The notes under the pieces: generated by a model | The model's input: only the letters and a program-made list of their open reading frames with translations | Told to the model about the DNA's origin: nothing | The model's database searches: none | Shown here: piece after piece, positions 48,356 to 59,215 of the stretch | How positions within the stretch are numbered: the first letter of the stretch is position 1 | Layout: every line of letters starts with the position of its first letter | Origin: Macrostomum lignano | Taxonomy: Eukaryota | Length of the DNA: 64,000 nt | Reading direction: 5' to 3' | Assembly: GCA_002269645.1 (NCBI GenBank) | Contig: NIVC01001149.1 | Span: forward strand, 287,781-351,780 | Position numbers and translations under genes: made by a program

Positions 48356-49249
48356 ATGCTACTCTGCAAGATTTTCCTGTGCACCGCTCCAATCCTGAGC
48401 TGCCTGATCTGCGCCGCTCTGTGCCGCCAGTTCCGGACCTCGGACCTCGGCTGCTTCGTTGACTTCGCGAATGGCAAGAGAGAAATGTCAGGCATGAAGC
48501 ACCTCGGTCTATCACGGATTGGCAGCTCCAGCGTAATACAATATGGCGAAGGTGTCATGACTGCTCTCTTCAGCAACCAGATGACTCACGAGCTGTGCGG
48601 CAGCATCTGCGCTCTGGGCGGCTTTCAGATCGCTGCTTTGCAATCGAAATCCTGGTGCTTCTGCGGCAACTCCCACGGGTCGCAGGGCGCTGCTCCTGAC
48701 TGGGAGTGCAAAGACGCTTGTCGTGGAAATTCTAGCCAGAACTGCGGAGGCGACTACCGAAACAGAGTTCTTCAGATGAGCTGCACCAACGGTGAGCTGT
48801 GTTTAGCGCCTCGTTCTGTTGCTATTGGATTTTATAGAAACGCTCATAATCGCCGTATTTGCGCATTTACGAGTAAATAGCAAGTTTTACAATCATTTTG
48901 TTGCCACTGAATTCCAACACGAGTCGAATTCTGCTACCGGCTTGCAGGTGACATTCTCTTCGTCCTTGGAAACCGGACCTTCGTCGAGATCAGCGTCTTT
49001 GATGCGCCGACCCTCGAGACAGTCAGCGCTCCGGATCTCCTAGAGTGCGCGCTCTGGTGTGTTCTCAAAAGTGCCGATTGCCAGGCGGTGGTCTTCAGCC
49101 AGCAGCAGCGCCTGTGCCACCTGCTGGAGTTCGCTGCGGTCCCGGCCGCCCTCAGCAGCGCCAGCAGCGACGACTTCTTTGTCCGTGGCAACAGAGCTGA
49201 TGCTGGCGCAGTTAAGCGCATTTACTCGACTCTATGTTATTTCCTTTAA
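48356..49249 (+). CDS. Secreted WSC + PAN/Apple-like protein, copy 3 (exons 48356-48791, 48948-49249)
   Basis: Same domain layout; donor G|gtgagc, acceptor cttgcag; reads past the VRG end to a TAA at 49247-49249. Confidence 0.85.
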
Positions 49250-49994
49250 TTATTATTTGTTGTTTGGGCGTCTCAGCATAGTTTTCCAACTCAAATTCAA
49301 GTCAAACTAATGGCCCCTATTTGATGCCATACTCACAGCACAGAGCTATACTTTGTCTCCTGTGCCTCCATCCTGGTCGGCCAGTCCAGACTCTTGCCTC
49401 TATCTCAGCCTTTCCCTCTGTCATCTTTAGCTCTTTAGATACTATACATAGCAACCAAATAGAATTCGCTTCTTAGTGTTAATCTAATTGATAAATTTTT
49501 GTTATTCTATGCTAACATAATACGTCATTCGGTCTTATCGCACTGTCTGCAGAGATGTGAAAGTAAAAAAACGGAATAAATGATTATGAAAATGTCAATT
49601 TGCACCGCGCGTATCTTTAATCGCACAGTAATAAATGTTTTTCATTTCCACTGGTGCAATAAACGAAAAAATTGTTTTTTTGGCAAACTTCGAAGTTTGC
49701 ACTTGCTGCGACAGAATTCGCTGCATGGTAACCTGTGCATTTGACTGAATTGGGTCATCAGCCAAACTGAAGTATGCAGATTTCACCTACACAGAAATAG
49801 GAGTCCTTCAAAGCGTTTTACCATCGATATTTAGTGACAGTGGGAGTGTAATGCTTTAAATCTAATGCGGAAGTGAAAGCCATTTTGTCATAGATTTCAT
49901 TTGTGCCCACTGTAAGATTTGGCTTCTTAAAAAAGTGCCCTAAGCAGCCTATCCATTTTGTTTACTTCACTCACAAATTCTTAAAATGGTTGTT

Positions 49995-50490
49995 TTTATT
50001 CTTCTTTTACCGTAGCCGTCATGGCCGTACGGGCGCAACCACCGCCGACCGGTCTATTTCTTTCAGGGCATCCTCCCGCTGCCTTTTCGGTCTTCTTCAC
50101 CTTCTTTCACCTTCAACTTTTCTCTTGAATGTAGACATTTGCAATGGCTCCCTTCTTTGTAATATTTGAGTTTTTTTCGCTTCATGATTTTCCTCCACAG
50201 ATTTTGGTTCTTTTCCCTATGCTTTTTAAACTTTTCTGCAAACTCAGGAATTTATGTTTTCTCCTTTTCATGAAATCCTTACACTATTCTGTAACATGTC
50301 ATTTAAAATGCTTTGAGTGTCTCCATACTTTTCTTCCCCAGAGTCCAGCTCTCGAATTCATGCATGTAGTGCGGTATCGCTAATTTGATCGCTTTTGTGA
50401 TCTTGAGGCGATTCTTCAAACCGACTCCTTTTTAGTCTCCAAAGTTCATAAAGCTGTTGTGTGCCCTTTCACGGGAACGACGCCTATGCC
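49995..50490 (-). mobile_element. Degraded 3' fragment of an RTE-clade LINE
   Basis: Interrupted minus-strand translation ESWTLGKKSMETLKAF*MTCYR...KLKYY...KVEGERR*RRP matches the C-terminus of RTE reverse transcriptases. Confidence 0.65.
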
Positions 50491-51061
50491 GTCTTAACCT
50501 ATTGGGAAGCTGCGACCTCCAGGTCCCCAGCCAGAGCACCCGCCAACGGAGGCAGCGGCGGCTGCCCACTCGACAGCAGCTTCATTATGTTTTTAATTTG
50601 GCCTACGAGTACATGAATATTAAATAAGGTAAGAACGAATGTGCGGTACGGTAGGGTGAGGTGCGAGGTGGCGTGATCAGCGTGCGCACTGGTTGAGAAA
50701 ACTGGAGGGCAGGGGCAGACTGGAAAGTTTGGGCTGGGCGCGAGAACAAAAAAAGGCACTATTGCACAAGCCTTGTCATTGAGCTGGTTGCAACGCCTAT
50801 TCCGATTCTGATCTCTTCCTCCTCTGATTCTGATTCTCCATGATGGTTGCCCCCCCCCCCAGATTGACAGAGTGACGGATCGAGCTGAAACTTTATTTTT
50901 GCAGTGTTCTTAGTTGCACATTTTTTTTCCTGTCCAACGGCGTTCTAAAATATTTTTGCAGAGCAGAGATTTTGTTACTTTTTCGAATATCAATCTGAAT
51001 ATCGATCGGGAAACAAATGCGTGGTATATATAGCATTTCCCGGTCAATTTGGTCCTAGAAT

Positions 51062-52580
51062 CACTCAATTTAATCCGCAATAGAGAACTCCAATTCATTC
51101 CGCCGTCACAAGAGATATGTCTATGACCAAATATGCTGTTTTTTTTCAATTTAATCCGCAATAGAGAACTCCAATTCATTCCGCCGTCACAAGAGATATG
51201 TCTATGACCAAATATGCTGTTTTTTTTCAATTTAATCCGCAATAGAGAACTCCAATTCATTCCGCCGTCACAAGAGATATGTCTATGACCAAATATGCTG
51301 TTTTTTTTCAATTTAATCCGCAATAGAGAACTCCAATTCATTCCGCCGTCACAAGAGATATGTCTATGACCAAATATGCTGTTTTTTTCAATTTAATCCG
51401 CAATAGAGAACTCCAATTCATTCCGCCGTCACAAGAGATATGTCTATGACCAAATATGCTGTTTTTTCAATTTAATCCGCAATAGAGAACTCCAATTCAT
51501 TTCGCCGTCACAAGAGATATGTCTATGACCAAATATGCTGTTTTTTTCAATTTAATCCGCAATAGAGAACTCCAATTCATTCCGCCGTCACAAGAGATAT
51601 GTCTATGACCAAATATGCTGTTTTTTTCAATTTAATCCGCAATAGAGAACTCCAATTCATTCCGCCGTCACTAGAGATATGTCTATGGCCAAATATGCTG
51701 TTTTTTCAATTTAATCCGCAATAGAGAACTCCAATTCATTCCGCCGTCACTAGAGATATGTCTATGACCAAATATGCTGTTTTTTTTCAATTTAATCCGC
51801 AATAGAGAACTCCAATTCATTCCGCCGTCACTAGAGATATGTCTATGACCAAATATGCTGTTTTTTCAATTTAATCCGCAATAGAGAACTCCAATTCATT
51901 CCGCCGTCACTAGAGATATGTCTATGACCAAATATGCTGTTTTTTCAATTTAATCCGCAATAGAGAACTCCAATTCATTCCGCCGTCACAAGAGATATGT
52001 CTATGACCAAATATGCTGTTTTTTTTCAATTTAATCCGCAATAGAGAACTCCAATTCATTCCGCCGTCACTAGAGATATGTCTATGGCCAAATATGCTGT
52101 TTTTTCAATTTAATCCGCAATAGAGAACTCCAATTCATTCCGCCGTCACTAGAGATATGTCTATGACCAAATATGCTGTTTTTTTCAATTTAATCCGCAA
52201 TAGAGAACTCCAATTCATTCCGCCGTCACTAGAGATATGTCTATGGCCAAATATGCTGTTTTTTCAATTTAATCCGCAATAGAGAACTCCAATTCATTCC
52301 GCCGTCACTAGAGATATGTCTATGACCAAATATGCTGTTTTTTTCAATTTAATCCGCAATAGAGAACTCCAATTCATTCCGCCGTCACTAGAGATATGTC
52401 TATGGCCAAATATGCTGTTTTTTCAATTTAATCCGCAATAGAGAACTCCAATTCATTCCGCCGTCACTAGAGATATGTCTATGACCAAATATGCTGTTTT
52501 TTTCAATTTAATCCGCAATAGAGAACTCCAATTCATTCCGCCGTCACTAGAGATATGTCTATGACCAAATATGCTGTTTG
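51062..52580. repeat. 79-81-bp satellite, about 19 units
   Basis: CAATTTAATCCGCAATAGAGAACTCCAATTCATTCCGCCGTCAC(A/T)AGAGATATGTCTATG(A/G)CCAAATATGCTG(T)6-8. Confidence 0.97.
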
Positions 52581-53252
52581 GTTCCACTCAATTTAATCCT
52601 GGGGGCACTTATTTCGCGTATTTATTTTAAAAGCCGTTATAATAAGCAAGAATGAGTGACTCGGAAAGTAGCGCCAGCTTTGTCATTGCTGACGGAGAAG
52701 GAAATCAGGGAAGGAAATTAAAGACCATTAAAAGCAACCATTTTGGCCATAGAAAATGAAAAGCAAGTTTTTACAAAGTAATAGCTTTATTTCCTTACTA
52801 ACGATTAAAATCTTTGCTCCGAGGCTCAATTTTCTATTTAAAATGCTGTTAAATTTCGCAGACATAGATGGTCGAATCTGCTTTTCTAATTATTGCACTG
52901 ACGCAAGTTTTATTTTTATTACGTGTCGTACTAGGTACTTGCGCTGCTTCTAGAAAGTTCTGCTAGTTTCTATTTCAAGCTTTTTCTTTCGTCATTTTAT
53001 TCGTTTTTCATTCGGTCTAACCAGGCCTCACTATGGTTATCTATTCAAGCCTGCTGTACAGTTTCTTGTATACAGTAGCCTTGCATCTTGAGCTGTACCC
53101 ACCCAGTGCGAGCCTACGTACCATAAGCAGATTGAGATATAGACAAAAACAATATAAATGCATGCATAGCATAGTTACAGAACGAATAGAAAAAATAGAA
53201 ACCGAAAATAAGAAGACAGCTGAATTTCATCTTTGTGCTTTGTAGCCTTACA

Positions 53253-54089
53253 ATGAGTGACAATTTTCCGGAGAGCCTTGACGTCCTGACAGATTTTATC
53301 AACGGACTGAATTCCGGAAAATATCGCATTGCCACGGACGGCCACACTTCACCATTTATAGTGATCGACAATTTCGGGAAGATAATAAACGGAAAATACT
53401 ACGCAGAATGGGTCTTCCGATTCGATATGCCGCACAAGGGCTGTAATTACAGTCATTTGAATATTAACAGCAAAATGTTTGGCTTTCCAGATCCGCACAC
53501 TCCAATACCAGATTGGATGGTTAACAATGGAAAGATGTTCGGAGAAGGCGCTAAGAAAGCAGGAAAATTATTTTACGTCATTGGATTAGTGGCAGATGCA
53601 GTCAATATTGGTAAAAACGTGGTGCAGGATTATAGACAGAATGGATTTAAGTCTGCACTTGCTACTGGAATGAAAACCGCCGTTCCAATTGTCGCTACTC
53701 GCCTGACTGGTGTAACTGGATCCTCAGGTGAGTGAGACTCAGGAGAGTGATGCAATATATACGAGTGAGTCGTATGAATGCGTTAATTGCTGCTTACCTC
53801 TTTTTTATCTTGTCTTGTCGTCTACATACGAGAGCTACGCGTGCATTTAAAGCTACATTAAATGTACCGTATAGCTATAATTATACATGTATATGCAGAA
53901 TAAATGTCGCGACTTATAGCAAATCAATATTTAGTTACCATGCAATCTTGTCTCCTTTTAACAGCTGGGGCAGCAGTTGGCACTTTCATACTACCTGGTG
54001 TTGGCACCGTTGTTGGAAGCTATGCTGGCACTATTTTGACGACACTAGCCACTGACTTTGGAGTGCACTGGCTCGTAGGCAAACTATGA
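53253..54089 (+). CDS. Glycine-zipper membrane-associating protein (exons 53253-53727, 53965-54089)
   Basis: About 200 aa; RFDMPH..H.NIN...PDPH motif followed by amphipathic helices and AGAAVGTFILPGVGTVVGSYAG; phase-1 GT-AG intron (G|gtgagt ... ttttaacag|CT). Confidence 0.8.
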
Positions 54090-55866
54090 GTAAATTTCTG
54101 TTCTGAAGAAAGAAGTTGCTGGATGTAGACTGCGATTTAATGTGATGCGATTTGATTTCTGGAATTGATTTACTAGTTTACAGATGCAATACGAGCGTAT
54201 TTATGTACAGTATGACGTTAATTCCACTTAAACTGCCCCGTGTCTACCAAAAATTTACCTATGTCTTTTAGACTTCTTAGTTGTGTTTACATGTACCGCA
54301 CAGTAAGTGCTATTTATATTCCCACAAGTAGAAATCGATACTTTAGCAATAGAAAATTAACGCAAGCAGGAAACCGGAGGCTAATGAGGGATTGAAATAT
54401 GAGCAGTGCCGTAGCGTCGGCCTCGATAGATTACCTCCAGTCTCATCTGGAACCCTGTGTAAGTGTATAAACTAGAGATTTTGGCCTCTAAAACCCTCAG
54501 AATCCGGTTCTGTGGTGGTGCAGGACCGTCTACGGAAACTGCATGCAGTTCTTACCGGTGGTTGTATTTTGGCTCTAGCATGTACGAGTAACGGTAACTG
54601 TCCTTCTTGGGGACTACCCTAGTTCAGTCTCAGCAAACATGCAGTTTCAACATGCTAGCTGCATCAGACGGCCGCATTAGGTTCCAGCTTCATCGGGCGG
54701 TACTTTGCTTCCAGCCGCTTGTAAGCCAGCACCGGGCACGCAAAGACTCTTTCTGCCGCTCTCTCCCCTGTACTCCTCCGGTGAAGCTGTACTTCAGTCT
54801 GTATACTGATACAGCATATACATGTACCTTTACGGCTTAGCCCCTTTTTCTTCTCGCTGGATGTGTTAACTCTATTTAGCTATAATATTATTCGAAAGTA
54901 AAATGTAATTTGACTGCAGGATTTTTCTTGACTATTCTGCATATATCTTTTTAAAATTTATTCTGGCTTTCTTCGTTAAAGTAATTAAAAACTCCCTAGC
55001 TGCCTTTGGCAGTAAAAGCATGTGAAAGCTGGAAGGCTGCAAGAAAGTGTGTGAGGTTTGTTAGGTGTGTATAAGTGTGTAAAGTGTGTCATTGATGTGT
55101 GTGAGGTGTGTGTAGTGAGGGAAGATCAGCAGGGGGAGAGGGGGTCGTCCTGCAGCAACGCCAGAGCTGGTTGGAAACTCTGCAATGAGTCCATATCCAT
55201 GTGCATCCATGTGAACTGCTGTGCATGTCCATGACTTCCCGCTCAAGCAGCAGGCCAAGCCTTTAACGCGGCAGGAGGCGGGCTTACGCAGGTTTCAATG
55301 ATGATTCTGATTGCCACCACCTGCTCTCAGTAGTTGACCTGTCACTCTGTGAGGCTAGCATGCGCACGTTGAGCACTAGTAGCAGGTAGTTTCGCAGCAC
55401 GTCGTTCAGAAAATTTTTGAGAGTGCACTTCGAGGGCGATCCCGCGCTGGCTGATGGAGTTTGTCTTTATTGGGGATGGAGATGATCTTTGAGATCTTCT
55501 ATACTGCATGGCGGCAGATGTGGACTCGTCACCACCAAGACAGCAGTGGCGGTTGAGCAGTCTGATCAAAGAAGATCAGGCAACTTCAGAACTCTCGGTC
55601 GGATTCCGTCAACTCCAGACGCAGCGTCAGGGGGGCAATATAGAAGGATTGGGTGTCAGGCCGGGTGTCAGGCCGGGTGTTAGGCCGGAGGCTGGTGGGA
55701 GAAGCAGACGAGGCTCGAGCGCGTTCAACACCAGCTAGTAGTGCGAGGCTACCAGCTGCTTTCGATTTTCCTGTGACTTGGCAGCGACGATTGTGTTGGG
55801 CTTCTCTCTGCGACCGCTCAGCCTGTTGATGGAGCGCTAGCTATGCTGTCAGTTCACAGTCAGTTG

Positions 55867-56164
55867 CAGGGGCGTCGCCATGGATTTAATGGTGGGGGGA
55901 CAAAGCCAAGAATTCAATATGTACATGTACTAAATTTTGGTACTCATTTTAGTGCCGCAAGCACTCATTTTAGCGCTGCAGGCACTCATTTTAGCGCCAC
56001 AGACACCCATTTTAGCGCCGAAGGCGCAATAATTTGGCGCCATGTATAAAAATTACTGATTACCACAAGGTGGGGTGGTGGGGACAAAGCTTGGCATGTC
56101 CCCCGAGAGCTTTTACTGGGGGGGACATGTCCCCCCTGTCCCCCCCCCGGTGGCGACGCGCCTG
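55867..56164. mobile_element. hAT-type MITE, 298 bp
   Basis: TIR CAGGGGCGTCGCCA / TGGCGACGCGCCTG (13/14 match); perfect 8-bp TSD GTCAGTTG; internal ~21-bp repeats. Confidence 0.92.
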
Positions 56165-57161
56165 GTCAGTTGGATCTCAGCTACCGCCTCTCCGGTTTAG
56201 ACTTCAGCCTGCTGCTTATGTGCTTATTGGCTCAGAGCCTGCCTGTAAGATCCTGAGGGTGTTGTTATGACTGAATCATTGTCCCACGTAGAAACACTTT
56301 TGGGCTTGCGAGATTCTCGCAGCACAGAAGCACCAGTTTGGATGGCCATTAAAAAGGCCTCGGGTGAAAAGTTTGCCGGTGCAGCTCATGGCTTGCGATC
56401 CCTGCATCCTTACTAGTATTTGACAAAGCTAATAGAGAAATCCAATTAAAAGTACATATATTATTATTTTAACAGCAAACGTATCATTTATTCATCAACT
56501 ACACTGTTTGTAGTCACCGATATCGATCTATGATCAATGGATCGATGAAGACTGGAAAATAAATTGTTTCAAAACGCTGAGTTATGGAGGCATACGTTAT
56601 CCCGATTTTTGAGGCAACCATATACATGTCAGAGCCTCTAAAAAGTTTATGATGAGGACGCACTTTTTTCCAAATCCCGCGCTAGCACATGGGCTCTAAA
56701 CTTACTTGCCTACTAACAGTGGGCAATGGGCATTTTTATCCTTTTTCTGCGAATTTTCATAGAATCTATACTAGATATAATGTTTGGTCATACTAGTAGT
56801 CATAATAACATAGGTACAGCTTTTTGGGTCATAAATCATCGCTTTCGAAGCTGGTCTGACAGCCACCTGCGCCTCACTCAGTGTTGAGGCGGGCGCCAGA
56901 TGGTCTGAGAGGATGCGGGCGGTAGCTTTTTTCTCATCATTTTGACAGGCCATCAAGATTTATGAGGTCAGAGCCTATTGTTCGTGTTCACTCAAGCGTG
57001 TGACAGCTTTGACAGCTATGCGTTTTACCCCTAAAAGTACTTTGGGATTAGCGATTAGCGATTTCTCTTCATTATCTTCACTTTCTATTCAATAAGAGCT
57101 TTCTAATGTATATTTTTTCATTAATTTCCGTCAATCCTACGCGAAAAGTCATAAATCATTT

Positions 57162-57866
57162 TGTTGCGATTTTGAGTGATTTATGGCCGCACCTGTCATC
57201 TTTTTACGACCCTGTGGGAACTGATAGGATCTCTCGGTCACGTGATTCTGGGTAGCAACGAGCTTAGCCAATCAGAAAATTCGGCGCTCATTTTAACAAA
57301 ACGGCTCAGCCAATCAGAATCGTCGTGTTCCATTATAACAAACTGCGGTCCAGTTGGCGGCTATTTAAACCGGAGTTTTTGGCCCGCTCGGACTCAACTT
57401 TGGCTCGGGCCCAGCGCGCAACTTCTGGTTCCCGGAGCACGACCGTCGTTTCTTGATCCCCGGATTGCGACTTCCCCCCATCATCATCAAGGACGAGTCC
57501 CCTCGGTCATCAGCAGTGAACGTCAAAGGGAAGAGCATCACCTGCTAGCTATCAGCGAAGAATGTGACATCAGCACCATCCCGGGTCTACAGCTGCGAAG
57601 CACTAAGCCGATTCGGTCACTGTGGATTTCCTGGTCTCCGGCTGTTGAGTTTCTGATTGGTTGGGTGAGAGGCTACCTAGACTTGCTTGATTGGGTGATC
57701 CCTTATCTGTCCCCTGTTTCAGTAGCTGGATTAGGCGCACACTTTTGCTCATTTTGTTCAGTAGTGCTGTTGCTGAGGCAGAAGTCATTCAATAATACTG
57801 CTAGTAGTCTAAACTCCAATTCAATCTGAAGTGTGAAGTGATCTAAGGAGAAGGTTAAATCTAACA
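57162..57866 (+). mobile_element. Solo-LTR-like segment
   Basis: TGTT...AACA ends, two AGCCAATCAGAA boxes, CACGTG, TATTTAAA; no TSD found. Confidence 0.4.
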
Positions 57867-58879
57867 GTTATTGTTATCGGTTTTGTTTCTTTGTTCGCCG
57901 GTGGCTCAGATGAGTAGCTAAGCTAGTAGGCGCCGGTCACAGTGGACCAATGGCAAGGCAGTTCTCAGTCGACCAATCTAACAAATCAGTGAGCAAAACT
58001 GCCAAAAGTGCAGAATCGGCGCCAGAGATGTACTTTGTGCACTCTAGGGTAGCCAAGCGGCTCGGGTAAATGAATCATGCGGTCTCTGAAGTTCGAGTTA
58101 GTCTATCATCAGCGCTATGAGAGGCTAGTTGGCGCGTTGAAGGCCAAAAGTACAATTCTTCGTACCAGGTATTTAGCAATGTAATAGTACATGTAGCTAC
58201 CACATAGTCTCGCCACTGCAAGAATCCCCTGCACAAGTCCCCTCTGTACCTGCATGGCCAATGCGATCAAGTCCCAGCAGTGTCCCTTATCATCGGCTAT
58301 GACTTCGAGATAGACAGCAAAAAGACACTAGTTGGCAGGTAAGTGCAAAGCCCCTTCTAGTCGGAAGCCCGATTTCGAGAGTCCCGGTGTGGTGAGCCAG
58401 GACGCACGGGCTGGTGGCAGCGAGTTAGCTAATCTGCGGATTAACTAATTTCTACCTTCAAAATTCTCCCTGCTTGTCTCTCGCTGTCCCTCTCTTAGCT
58501 ATAGGACCTAGACTGCTCGCCACACGATCAAGCTACCATGGGGCTGACCATCTGACAGGAGTGGGGGCCAGGTCTCTAATTGATTTATTTCTGAGACCTG
58601 TGGCCCGAAGGCTTCCCCACAAGGAGGCCGGAAGGTCGAAACCCATCATTTAGCGTAATTTAAAAGTGCAGCTGTCATTTTATATGTACATGTAATTAGG
58701 ATAATTGAATTATTCAATTACGTACAGTGTGCAAATGTATCTATATCAATGCAGTTAAAATTTAGAGTGCACCATTTATACTGTCAAACTGCATAAATGT
58801 CGTTGACTCGTTTACTTTCATGCCACGCATTTATATTTAGAGATCAAATTCAGAAACATGTGTTTGTCTAGCATGTAAA

Positions 58880-59215
58880 AATAATAATAGTAATTGCTAC
58901 GACTGCTTCGATCAATGGGCAGATGTGCAACCGAAAGTTCAACCGCAGCTATTGCGCGGCACATCTGTTCGAAGACTGCGAACGGCTGTTCAGTCAAAAA
59001 GACTGCATGGGGGTCGCCACACACCTGATCTGCAATTATACTTCATGCCAGCGCCACTGGCACCATATACGCTCCTATTTTACAGCTGGGTGAACTGAAG
59101 CAATTCAGAGGATAAGTGTCTTACTCTAGTACTCAATTTTTTCCCGAGTGGTTCAAAAATCGAACCCCCAACCTTTCACTCTTGATCAGTCCGGAAAATC
59201 TAACCACTGGCTAAT
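58880..59215 (-). mobile_element. Second, more diverged copy of the same CORE-SINE
   Basis: Shares cagatgtgcaaccga...gcacatctg, ttttacagctgggtgaactgaagc and cgaaccccca with 14566-14862. Confidence 0.8.

Noticed and set aside
51062-52580. CRISPR-like regular repeat
   Set aside because: Units are head-to-tail with no unique spacers, there are no cas genes, and the context is eukaryotic. The same applies to all other arrays.
54404-54545. Possible MITE (CAGTGCCGTAG ... CTACGGAAACTG)
   Set aside because: Imperfect TIR and no TSD.
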